From an uncultured virus (IMG/VR IMGVR_UViG_3300025674_009014) (Duplodnaviria > Heunggongvirae > Uroviricota > Caudoviricetes): a DNA stretch of 63,355 nt. The notes under the pieces are model-generated. The model did not search any database. It saw only the letters and a list, made by a program, of their open reading frames with translations, and was not told the origin of the DNA. Made by a program: the position numbers and the translations under genes. The DNA lies in the IMG/VR virus record IMGVR_UViG_3300025674_009014; one strand, 5' to 3'. Positions 1 to 8,762 of this stretch are shown in pieces (position 1 is the stretch's first letter; each line of letters starts with the position of its first letter).

Positions 1-4
1 ATTG

Positions 5-3000
5 ATGAACAAATTAAAATTATCTTTAATTACTTCTTGCTACAATGCAGAAAAATTTATTGATGAAACTGCAGAATCTATATTATCTCAAAATTATGAT
101 AATTGGGAATGGTTGATATCTGATGATTTTTCAACGGATAACACTTATCAATCTATTGAAAAAATTAGTCAAAAAGATAATAGAATAAAAATAATTGTTC
201 CTAGATATAAAAAAGAAATTTGGTGGAATCCGCAGACTCATGCTAATGGTGACATTGTTTGTCATATAGATTCTGATGACATTCTGTTACCGAATACTTT
301 AGACAGAATTAACTATTATTTTAATTTGTTTCCTGAAAGTGTTTTGATGCACTTTAATGCAAACAAATATTTTGATGAATTTCCAAAAAATCCTAGAGAA
401 GACTTTTTAAGTAATTTCAAGGATAATGTTTTTATGACAACTGATAATGATTCTTTTCTGGAAGGCTTTGAAAAACTATGGCCGAATCGAACAAACATTT
501 TCGGCTATCTAAGAATTTTTAGAAATTTACCTGGAATTCAATTTCCAGTACATGAAGATGGTGACGCATGTTCGTCTAATGATGGCCAGTGGTTATTGAT
601 GTTGGAAGAGAGGGGTAAATGGGTCACAATTCCTAGGACCACTTATCTCGCAAGAGATCATGGAAATTCAGAAAATTATAGAAATTGGAATCCAAGAGGT
701 GAAGCACAACTAGCAATAGATGCTAGGAAAAGAAGAAAAGAATTTATTTTAGAATATCCAAGAAATATTAAATATTTTGATGATATTTATGATGCGGCAG
801 AATCAACATACACATCATTATTGAATCATGAAAATGAATCTAAAATAATCAGTTTTTGTAATTTTAATTATGATGCTCAAAAACAAGATAAAATTTTAAA
901 ATTATTCTATGATCATGAAATATATTTTGATTACTATGGAAATGTTGATTACTTTTATATTAAAATTAATTTAGAAACTAAACCGAATGATATAAGTTTC
1001 TTTATCAATATGATTGAAGAACAAAATAAAAATTCATGCGAAATAGTGTTATTTTGTGATAATTCTCATTTAATGAGAAATAATAGAACCCATGAAGATA
1101 TTTTGTTAAATATTAATAATTTATTGACAGAAATGGGTTATCATTTTTTGTGGTATAATAAAGACAATAGATTTACTATTGTTACAAATTCTAAACATGA
1201 AAATAAGAAGGTAATCGAAGTTAAAGAACAAGATTTTGAAGAAAAAAAATCACATAATGAATTAAATATTGTTGAAGCATTTGAGAAATTTGATGAATTA
1301 AATATTTTACAAATACATTCTGGTTGTGGAATTGAAATTCCTCCAAAAGGATATGGAGGAGTTGAGGAAGTTATTGGTCAGTATATAAATGCTGGTAAAA
1401 GAAGAGGTCACAATGTACAATTAAAGTATCTAGATTATATAACACAAACCGATTTAGAAGAGTTTGATGTTTTTCATAATCATATGGCAAATTTTAATGA
1501 TTTATTGAAAAATAGATTTATTCCATATATACACACTGTTCATGATGCCTGGGTAGGATTACAACAAAAATATAGTCCTTCTTACAATTTAATAAAATCT
1601 ACTATTAATAATTCGATTTTAAGTTTAACACCTATAGAGAATTTTATTTCATATTTTGACGCAAAAGACAAATTATATCATTTACATCATGGTGTAGATA
1701 CTAATTTTTATTATCCAAACTATGATAAAATTAAAGGAGAGAGATTAGTTTGTGTAGGAGGTGGGGATGATAGAAAAGGATTTCATTTAGCTATTCTTGC
1801 CGCACATAAACTAGGGTTACCTATTACTATTATAGGTGCTGATTCTATACACGATGATTACAATAAAGTTTTTTATCAAATTTATGAAGATTGTAAAAAT
1901 GATATTGAAATAAATTTATTGGGCAATGTATTAAAAAAAGATTTGAGAAAAATTTTAGCAGAACAGGATATTATAATACATCCAGCATCCATGGAAACAG
2001 GACAACCTTGCTTAGGTGTTCTTGAGGGAATGGCATGTGGTTTACCAGTAGTCGGAACTTTACAGGATGAGATGGAAATATCTGGTTTTTATCAGTGCGA
2101 TAGAACTGTTGATAGTATTGTTAATGGGATCAAGCACCACTTGAATAATCTAGATGCTTCATCAAATGAAGCAAGAAATTATGCGGTAAGCAGGAACTGG
2201 GATAATATATTTTTAAAATTAGAAAAATTTTATTATCAGGCCAAAGAATTAAAAAACAATGTTCCTTTTAAAATGGGCGATAGATTAATTTTTACATACA
2301 ATAATGATTTAAAAAATATTAATTTTGATGAATTCAAAAAAACAAATTTTGATATAACTATGAATCCTTATCCGAGAGTTGACATAAAAGGAAACGGTGA
2401 TGAAAAATTTATAGTTAGATTTTCAGATAAAGAGAGTGGACAGATTCATTATGAAAATGTGATAGGGGTGAATTGTTGGGCCGCATCATCTTTGGCCTAT
2501 TATGTGCCTTGGAAAATAGAAATATTCGAAGAAGAAACCGAAAAATTAGTTCATTATTATGAGACTGATTTAAAAGATAAAAAGGTTTTTATTTGGATTG
2601 ATTCTTCAGCAATGGGAGATAATTTGGCGTGGATGCAACCAATTGAAGAATTCAGAAAAAAACACAATTGTAAGATGATATGTAGCACCTTTTTCAATGA
2701 ATTATTTGAAAATGAATATCCTGATATTAAATTTGAGGCTCCTAATTCTGGATATAAAGATTTCGATTATCAATATAGAATTGGATTTTTTGAAAAATGC
2801 GAATTATCTCCTGTCGATTGTAAAGAAGTATCTCTTCAAGAGTTATGTGCACGAATATTAGGTTTCGATGATTGGGTTGAAAAACCATCTAAAATAACGG
2901 TTTATGAACAAGAAAATGAACTGGAAAAACCTTATGTGGCAATTGGCGTTCAGTCTACAGCACAAGCAAAATATTGGAATAATCCTGGTGCTTGGGATAA

Positions 3001-3448
3001 AGTTGTTGAGTATATAAAAAATAAAGGTTATGATGTTGTATGTGTCGATAAACACGGATCATTCGGTCAAGGCGAATATTTCAATTTAAGTCCTAAGAAT
3101 GTTATACCGAGACACGAAAGAACACTAAATCAAACAATAGCGACAATTGATAAAGCGAAGTTTTTTATAGGACTAGGTTCTGGATTGTCTTGGTTGGCAT
3201 GGTCTCTAAATAAAGATGTGATATTAATCTCAGGTTTTAGTAATCCATTATCTGAATTTTCTACAAAATGTCATAGAATTTTTAATGACAAAACTTGTAA
3301 TAGCTGCTATAATAGGCATAAGTTTAATCCTGGAGATTGGCTATGGTGTCCTGATCATAAAGGCACAGAAAGGATGTTTGAATGCACTGAAAATATAACT
3401 CCCGAAATGGTATTCGAAAAGATTGACAATTTAATAGAAATGGAATAA
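5..3448 (+). CDS. Multidomain glycosyltransferase: GT2 + GT4 + Aah/TibC-family protein O-heptosyltransferase
   Basis: N-terminal GT2 (SLITSCYNAEKFI...DDFSTD, DSDD). Central GT4/GT-B (IPPKGYGGVEE...HPASMETGQPCLGVLEGMACGLPVV). C-terminal Aah/TibC signatures (SAMGD, QSTAQAKYWNNP, FIGLGSGLSWLAW, ISGFS, CNSC..WCP..FEC). ATG at 5; the track's TTG at 2 is at the window edge. Confidence 0.88.
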   Translation: MNKLKLSLITSCYNAEKFIDETAESILSQNYDNWEWLISDDFSTDNTYQSIEKISQKDNRIKIIVPRYKKEIWWNPQTHANGDIVCHIDSDDILLPNTLDRINYYFNLFPESVLMHFNANKYFDEFPKNPREDFLSNFKDNVFMTTDNDSFLEGFEKLWPNRTNIFGYLRIFRNLPGIQFPVHEDGDACSSNDGQWLLMLEERGKWVTIPRTTYLARDHGNSENYRNWNPRGEAQLAIDARKRRKEFILEYPRNIKYFDDIYDAAESTYTSLLNHENESKIISFCNFNYDAQKQDKILKLFYDHEIYFDYYGNVDYFYIKINLETKPNDISFFINMIEEQNKNSCEIVLFCDNSHLMRNNRTHEDILLNINNLLTEMGYHFLWYNKDNRFTIVTNSKHENKKVIEVKEQDFEEKKSHNELNIVEAFEKFDELNILQIHSGCGIEIPPKGYGGVEEVIGQYINAGKRRGHNVQLKYLDYITQTDLEEFDVFHNHMANFNDLLKNRFIPYIHTVHDAWVGLQQKYSPSYNLIKSTINNSILSLTPIENFISYFDAKDKLYHLHHGVDTNFYYPNYDKIKGERLVCVGGGDDRKGFHLAILAAHKLGLPITIIGADSIHDDYNKVFYQIYEDCKNDIEINLLGNVLKKDLRKILAEQDIIIHPASMETGQPCLGVLEGMACGLPVVGTLQDEMEISGFYQCDRTVDSIVNGIKHHLNNLDASSNEARNYAVSRNWDNIFLKLEKFYYQAKELKNNVPFKMGDRLIFTYNNDLKNINFDEFKKTNFDITMNPYPRVDIKGNGDEKFIVRFSDKESGQIHYENVIGVNCWAASSLAYYVPWKIEIFEEETEKLVHYYETDLKDKKVFIWIDSSAMGDNLAWMQPIEEFRKKHNCKMICSTFFNELFENEYPDIKFEAPNSGYKDFDYQYRIGFFEKCELSPVDCKEVSLQELCARILGFDDWVEKPSKITVYEQENELEKPYVAIGVQSTAQAKYWNNPGAWDKVVEYIKNKGYDVVCVDKHGSFGQGEYFNLSPKNVIPRHERTLNQTIATIDKAKFFIGLGSGLSWLAWSLNKDVILISGFSNPLSEFSTKCHRIFNDKTCNSCYNRHKFNPGDWLWCPDHKGTERMFECTENITPEMVFEKIDNLIEME

Positions 3449-3451
3449 AAT
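3423..3451 (+). promoter_or_regulatory. Sigma70-like promoter TTGACA-N17-TAAAAT
   Basis: Near-consensus -35 (3423-3428) and -10 (3446-3451). It overlaps the ATG at 3450, so the downstream ATGs at 3474/3480 may be used. Confidence 0.45.
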
Positions 3452-4091
3452 GAATGAAGAAAATGTAGCAGAGATGTTGATGAATCCTAATTTTGCATCA
3501 TTAGTTGCTGAAAAACTTTTGTCCGCTGCTCCGTCAGAAGGACACACTGAAGAAGAGAAATGGTCTTTAGAAGATAAAGGATTTTATTTTCTATTTGATG
3601 AGATATACTCAGAATCTGTTTTGGGTGTAATTCAATGGATCCTTGAAAATAATTTTAGAAAAATTAAAAGACCAGAATTTTTGACTTTGTGTATAAATTC
3701 TCCGGGTGGAGACATGACATCGGCTTTTGCTTTGATAGATGTTATGAAAGGCTCATCTATTCCTATTCATACGATTGGATTAGGAATGATTGCTAGTGCA
3801 GGGTTATCAATTTTTATGGCAGGGAAAAAAAATCATAGATTGTTAACACCAAATACTAGCATATTATCACATCAGTATTCTTGGGGATCTTATGGTAAAG
3901 AACATGAACTCTTTGCTGTACAAAAAGAGTATGATTTAACTACGGAAAGAATGATAAATCATTATAAGAAATGCACAGGAATTAGTGATGATGATATTAG
4001 GAAATTTTTATTACCGCCTCATGATGTTTGGTTATCTTCTAATGAAGCTTTAAAATATGGTATATGTGATGAAGTTAAAGAAATATCTTAA
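3450..4091 (+). CDS. clpP: ClpP-family serine protease subunit
   Basis: INSPGG, IASAG (catalytic Ser), ILSHQ (His), HDVWLSSNEALKYGICDEV (Asp). Confidence 0.85.
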   Translation: MNEENVAEMLMNPNFASLVAEKLLSAAPSEGHTEEEKWSLEDKGFYFLFDEIYSESVLGVIQWILENNFRKIKRPEFLTLCINSPGGDMTSAFALIDVMKGSSIPIHTIGLGMIASAGLSIFMAGKKNHRLLTPNTSILSHQYSWGSYGKEHELFAVQKEYDLTTERMINHYKKCTGISDDDIRKFLLPPHDVWLSSNEALKYGICDEVKEIS

Positions 4092-4102
4092 AGGAATAAT
4101 TA

Positions 4103-4327
4103 ATGATAAAAACCATAAAACCGCAAGAATTTGCATTGATTATAGAAAATTTAGTTCTACAGACTAAAATGTCATATTTAGATGCAGTTTCACATTACTG
4201 TGAAGAACATAAAATAGAACCCGAAACCGTTGGAAAATTAGTTCAAGGAACCTTAAAGCAAAAAATTAGAGAAGAGGCAATAGATTTGCATTTTCTACCA
4301 AAAACTGCTACAATACCTGGATTATGA
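4103..4327 (+). CDS. 33: Late transcription co-activator gp33
   Basis: SYLDAVSHYCEEHKIEPETVGKLV...LKQKIREEA..LHFLPK; T4-like 33-59-32 gene order. Confidence 0.85.
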   Translation: MIKTIKPQEFALIIENLVLQTKMSYLDAVSHYCEEHKIEPETVGKLVQGTLKQKIREEAIDLHFLPKTATIPGL

Positions 4328-4929
4328 TTAAAATGGAACCATTTGATTGTTACAAAGAATATGTTGCAATCAAAACTCATTTTCATGCTGAAAAGTTTGA
4401 TTACTTTAGGCATAGAAAAAGAAAGGTCTCATACGAAACATTCAAAAAGCGTAAAGATCATTTCTTTTTTGTAAAATTAGCAAAAAATTTCAAAGATGAT
4501 GAAATCGTTAAATTTTTTGTGGCAAATTTCGTTGATGATGAAAACATGTGGATAGGTGATGCGCTTGACCCGCAGGCGGAAGTGTGTTACACTAATTGGA
4601 ATAAACGTGTACAGAGCATGAGTTATATTTTTAATAATGAAATTGACAAAATCTTAGATAAAGATAATTTTGAACAGTGGTTCAAAGTTGAAAAAGGTCA
4701 ACATCCATTATTGTTAAAATTAACAATTGCTAAATACATTAGTATAGAAACGTTTTCTATACTCAATATACTTCTTAATTTTATTCCTAATTGGGACAAG
4801 CAAATTGAGGAAAAATATGTTTGGCCTCAATTTAGAAATAAAGTTTTGAAATATGCTCCTTTTTTGGAGGTGGATAAGAATAAATTTCGTAAATTATTAC
4901 GAAATAAAATACAACAACATACACCGTAA
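4324..4929 (+). CDS. 59: Helicase loader gp59
   Basis: FDCYKEYVAIKTHF..FDYF, FKKRKDHFFF.KL, GQHPLLLK, ISIETFSIL, KYAPFL; gene order. Confidence 0.88.
   Translation: MIKMEPFDCYKEYVAIKTHFHAEKFDYFRHRKRKVSYETFKKRKDHFFFVKLAKNFKDDEIVKFFVANFVDDENMWIGDALDPQAEVCYTNWNKRVQSMSYIFNNEIDKILDKDNFEQWFKVEKGQHPLLLKLTIAKYISIETFSILNILLNFIPNWDKQIEEKYVWPQFRNKVLKYAPFLEVDKNKFRKLLRNKIQQHTP
4565..4593 (+). promoter_or_regulatory. Sigma70-like promoter inside gene 59 (TTGACC-N17-TACACT with extended TGn), likely serving gene 32
   Basis: -35 at 4565-4570, TG at 4585-4586, -10 at 4588-4593; sits in a conspicuous GC-rich patch of an AT-rich gene. Confidence 0.5.
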
Positions 4930-4948
4930 TACGACAATATACGAAAGG
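4909..4948 (+). promoter_or_regulatory. Four ATAC motifs at exact 10-nt spacing before the gene 32 RBS (candidate translational operator)
   Basis: ATAC at 4909, 4919, 4929 and 4939, then AAAGG and the ATG at 4955. Confidence 0.5.
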
Positions 4949-4954
4949 TAAATT

Positions 4955-5875
4955 ATGGCTTCTCTATCAGAACTCAAGAAAAACAGAAATTCTTTCCTAC
5001 AAAAACTCAACAAGGAAATCGAAAAAATCGATACTCCTTCAGAATCTAAAAGTTATATCGATGATCGCTTCTGGAAACCAGAAGTAGATAAAAGCGGTAA
5101 TGGTTATGCTGTTATTCGTTTTTTACCTCCCGTTCAAGGAGAGGATGTTCCTTGGGCTCGTGTTTTCAATCATGGTTTTCAAGGCCCAACAGGTTTGTGG
5201 TATATTGAAAATTCTCTCACCACTCTTGGTAAAAAAGATCCAGTTTCAGAATATAACACTCAATTGTGGAATTCTGGTATTGAGGCGAATAAAGAAATCG
5301 CAAGAAAGCAAAAACGTAGATTGACTTATATCAGTAACATTTATGTTATTTCAGATCCTAAAAATCCACAAAATGAAGGAAAAGTTTTTCTCTATAAATT
5401 TGGTAAAAAAATCTTTGATAAAATCAATGATCTCATGAATCCTGAATTTGAGGATGAAACTCCTGTAAATCCTTTTGATTTGTGGGAAGGTGCGAATTTT
5501 AAATTAAAAATTCGTAAGGTAGAGGGATATCAAAATTATGATAAATCCGAATTTGATTCTCCAGGTCAATTGTTGGAGACTGACGATGAACTAGAGGCAG
5601 TTTGGAATTCTCAGTATCCTTTGGTAGAATTTTTGGCAGAGGATAATTTCAAAACATATGATGAACTCAAAGAGAGACTTGATATGGTTCTTGCATTAGA
5701 CACTCCAAAAATTGAAGAGCCTGTTGTAATGACTGCTCAAAAACGTCCTACAGCTGAAGAGGAGATGCAGCAAGAGAGAAAACCGATGCCTGCATATGCC
5801 TCTTCTAGTAGCATGGACACAGATGATGACGATGAGGATATGTCTTATTTCGCTAGATTGGCTGAAGAAAATTAA
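4955..5875 (+). CDS. 32: Single-stranded DNA-binding protein gp32
   Basis: DDRFWKPEVDKSGNGYAVIRFLP, HGFQGP, YKFGKKIFDKI, GANFKLKIRKVEGYQNYDKSEF, acidic tail. Confidence 0.97.
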   Translation: MASLSELKKNRNSFLQKLNKEIEKIDTPSESKSYIDDRFWKPEVDKSGNGYAVIRFLPPVQGEDVPWARVFNHGFQGPTGLWYIENSLTTLGKKDPVSEYNTQLWNSGIEANKEIARKQKRRLTYISNIYVISDPKNPQNEGKVFLYKFGKKIFDKINDLMNPEFEDETPVNPFDLWEGANFKLKIRKVEGYQNYDKSEFDSPGQLLETDDELEAVWNSQYPLVEFLAEDNFKTYDELKERLDMVLALDTPKIEEPVVMTAQKRPTAEEEMQQERKPMPAYASSSSMDTDDDDEDMSYFARLAEEN

Positions 5876-8568
5876 TACAGCAGACTGTCTCTAAATGAGA
5901 CTGAAGAATTCGGTTCAGGTGGTATTTCTGTTACATTGTACTCCTGAACCGATATTCTTTTGTTGTCCACAAAATTAGAATTTGTGGCAGGAGGAATCAT
6001 CATAGGACTCATTGTCTGTTCTTTCATTAAACTATTTTCTTTTTGCATTTTAAAAACATGACCAAGTGCTAATAATTGTTCTCTATTAAAAAGTATTTCT
6101 GGATTATTAATTCGAGATTCACCGGCTATAAAAAGTTCAGGTTTTGTAAATACCGCACCATTTTTATTCATTGGTAATTTTAATATATTATTTTCAATAA
6201 CATCTGCAATAATTTCTCTTTTATCGTTCATTCCAGGTCTAGATTTGTAGAATTGATCGTATTTTCCTTCTTTTCTTGCCATTTCATCAGCAATTCTATA
6301 TAATACACTTTGAGCGCCTATGGGATTCATATTATGATGAAACGGTAATAATAAACTAATTGATTGACCTTCTTTATAATTACGTATGTCAGAATATGTT
6401 CCTCCAGAAGTTATATCGTATGCTTTTTTGTTGTGTACTATTTGTATATCTTTTTTAAATACTAAATCTCTCTGTTCTTTATCATAAGTGAATATTTCAC
6501 TTAAATTTGATATATTCATATTAGTGAATTTATTAATTTCATCCACAACACCTTTTAATATAGGGTTACTTTGTAAAATATTTTTTTCTTCGTTTAATTT
6601 TTCTGGGTTTTCTTGATTTAAATTTTTATCTGTATTATCAATGGATAATGGTTTTTCTCCTGCAGGATCAACTAATCTCATATTATCATTAAAATCATGT
6701 CCTTTAATTGATGTGGGTCTTTCTTCTTGTTTACCTTCTCTGATTTTGTTTTCTAATATTTGTTGTGCAACAACATTTGCAGTTCTATCCATATTTTCAT
6801 CATCACCTTCATCATCAAATTTTTGCACTGTTTCATTGGAATATACTAATTTGTTTAAAGATTCAAGCAATAATTGATTTGAATTTTGATCTATTTTACT
6901 GAAAGATGTGCCCGCTGGTTGAACGTTTCCTAAAGTATCGGTCATTGGCACTTTTGTTACACTCTGTCCAGTCGAAAAATCATATGCTATAGCATCACTT
7001 AGTTTAGTTAATGACGGATCATTGGTTTTTTCTAGTATATTCGATGCTAGATTCATGTAATTTCTACTATCTGCCTCAAACATTGCATCAATATTAGCAT
7101 CATTATTTTCTTCTGGATTGCTTAAAAGATTTAAAGAATTTGATATTTGATCATCTTGAATTCCTTCATTTCTAAACTTTTCAGTTGCCATGCCTATATC
7201 TTGATTATACTGATTTAGTAATAGAAGATCCTCAGGTGTCATAACATTTTGAGCATTGTTTCCGTCTTTTAAACCATATTTGTCTAGTAATTCTCTTTTA
7301 TTTTTAGCAGCGTCAACATATGACTTTGCTGCTTTTTCTGCTTCACTTTCATCTGATAAAACAGCGCCTAATGCTAAACCTATTGCTCCTCCCAATAAAG
7401 CACCTGCAATCATACCAATAGGAGATCCTAGAGATCCTATGAGAGCTCCTAATTTCATTCCTGCTATTGCACCCCCATAACTTCCTAGGGCAGCCAATGT
7501 TATTGATTTGACATTTAATTTAAATTTATCATTGTTTATAACTCCAAATACAGCACCTAATGCGCCACCTAGTAATATACCCGGTAAACCAAATCTAGAT
7601 CCTATCATTGCACCGAAACCTGCACTGATGAACAAACTTTCAAACATGCCGGTTTCGCCTTTTATTATTTTTTGCGTAGAATTTTCGCCCAGTATTGCTT
7701 GAAGAATTGATATTGCTCCTCCAAACATTATTCCAGGAATGATTCCTCTTATACCTGCAAGCGCAAATCCTGCTGCTGCTCCTATCATCAATTTATCATC
7801 TAAATCAGTTTCTTTAAAAAATGTGTCGATGAATTTTCCAACACCACTTAGAATATTATCTTCTTCAAATCCTGCTTTTATTGATTCGAATAATTTTGGT
7901 CCTAAAAGTAATGCGGCAATACCTTTGGTTATGCCTAATCCGGCAACACCTAAACTGGCAGGTATTAAACTTGAAATTAAAGATTTACCTTTAGGACCTA
8001 AAAAAATTGAACTTAGCATGTCAGTTAAAAAACCTCCTAAACCTTTGCTGGGTAAATTTGGTATTTTGCGGTCAAAAAATGGTGTAGATTTTTGTTTTTC
8101 CTGTCTATCTTCTTCGTCCTGATATCTTTTTCTATCAAATATTAACAATAATCTTTCTAACAAACTGTTAGTTTTATTCTGATTTTCTTTTGTTGGTGCA
8201 TTTTTGTTTGAAGTTTCAGGCTTATTAGCGGGTGAAGTTTCAGGCTTATTAGCGGGTGAAGTTTCAGGCTTATTGGCAGGTAAAGTTTCAGGCTTATTAG
8301 CGGGTGAAGTTTCAGACTTATTGGCAGGTAAAGTTTCTGTAGAATCTATGTTCAATAATTTTAGATTATCATTGATATCTTGAAAAATTAAATTGTTAGA
8401 TTTTTCAATTTCAAAAATTTGTTTGATGTTGGACGATATTTCTTTAATAGAACCTATTATATTTTTTGATAAATCATTATTGAAATATTCATCAAAATTG
8501 TTGTTTGTTTTATCGGAAGGTTTAAAATTTTCTCTTGTATAATTTAATAAATTTGTTATGGTTGCCAT
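5872..8568 (-). CDS. Probable tail tape-measure protein (gp29 equivalent)
   Basis: Helical N-terminus; long Gly/Ala hydrophobic stretch (GAAAGFALAG...GAIAGMKLGALIG); tape-measure-like C-terminal motif GAVFTKPELFIAGE..PE; directly follows the gp26/gp51 pair. Confidence 0.65.
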   Translation of the reverse strand: MATITNLLNYTRENFKPSDKTNNNFDEYFNNDLSKNIIGSIKEISSNIKQIFEIEKSNNLIFQDINDNLKLLNIDSTETLPANKSETSPANKPETLPANKPETSPANKPETSPANKPETSNKNAPTKENQNKTNSLLERLLLIFDRKRYQDEEDRQEKQKSTPFFDRKIPNLPSKGLGGFLTDMLSSIFLGPKGKSLISSLIPASLGVAGLGITKGIAALLLGPKLFESIKAGFEEDNILSGVGKFIDTFFKETDLDDKLMIGAAAGFALAGIRGIIPGIMFGGAISILQAILGENSTQKIIKGETGMFESLFISAGFGAMIGSRFGLPGILLGGALGAVFGVINNDKFKLNVKSITLAALGSYGGAIAGMKLGALIGSLGSPIGMIAGALLGGAIGLALGAVLSDESEAEKAAKSYVDAAKNKRELLDKYGLKDGNNAQNVMTPEDLLLLNQYNQDIGMATEKFRNEGIQDDQISNSLNLLSNPEENNDANIDAMFEADSRNYMNLASNILEKTNDPSLTKLSDAIAYDFSTGQSVTKVPMTDTLGNVQPAGTSFSKIDQNSNQLLLESLNKLVYSNETVQKFDDEGDDENMDRTANVVAQQILENKIREGKQEERPTSIKGHDFNDNMRLVDPAGEKPLSIDNTDKNLNQENPEKLNEEKNILQSNPILKGVVDEINKFTNMNISNLSEIFTYDKEQRDLVFKKDIQIVHNKKAYDITSGGTYSDIRNYKEGQSISLLLPFHHNMNPIGAQSVLYRIADEMARKEGKYDQFYKSRPGMNDKREIIADVIENNILKLPMNKNGAVFTKPELFIAGESRINNPEILFNREQLLALGHVFKMQKENSLMKEQTMSPMMIPPATNSNFVDNKRISVQEYNVTEIPPEPNSSVSFRDSLLY
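8210..8337. repeat. 24-bp tandem repeat, about 5.3 copies, encoding [S/L]PANKPET in the tape-measure candidate
   Basis: GAAGTTTCAGGCTTATTAGCGGGT-like units starting at 8210, 8234, 8258, 8282, 8306, plus a partial unit at 8330. Confidence 0.93.
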
Positions 8569-8762
8569 TACCTTCTCGCATTTTGTTGTTGTTTTAATCT
8601 TTCATTTTCTTCTTTAATATAATTAATTAATAATGAAATGTAAATGTCACGCTCAAACGGTAACATATTATCCAATTCAGTTAGACTATATTTATGGTGT
8701 TGCATAAGATTAAAGTTCGTAACATAATAATTTTCAAGAGAGTTATGACACAGGCTTATGAA
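8568..8762 (-). CDS. 51: gp51-like hub/tail assembly chaperone domain, probably entered by -1 frameshift from gp26 (first in-frame ATG is at 8705)
   Basis: Not in the ORF track. Translates FISLCHNSLENYYVTNFNLMQHHKYSLTELDNMLPFERDIYISLLINYIKEENERLKQQQNARR*. The stop overlaps the tape-measure ATG (TAATG). Confidence 0.8.
   Translation of the reverse strand, partial: FISLCHNSLENYYVTNFNLMQHHKYSLTELDNMLPFERDIYISLLINYIKEENERLKQQQNARR
8743..8755. repeat. 13-bp inverted-repeat arm 6 nt after the gp26 slippery site (pairs with 9497-9509)
   Basis: Plus-strand TTATGACACAGGC is the exact reverse complement of GCCTGTGTCATAA at 9497-9509. Confidence 0.85.

Noticed and set aside
8210..8337. 24-bp repeat as a mini-CRISPR or iteron array
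   Set aside because: The units are head-to-tail with no spacers and in frame within a CDS.
8642..8656. 15-bp direct match AAATGTCACGCTCAA, also at 43648-43662
   Set aside because: Both copies are inside coding sequence of opposite-strand genes with no shared context; likely chance.
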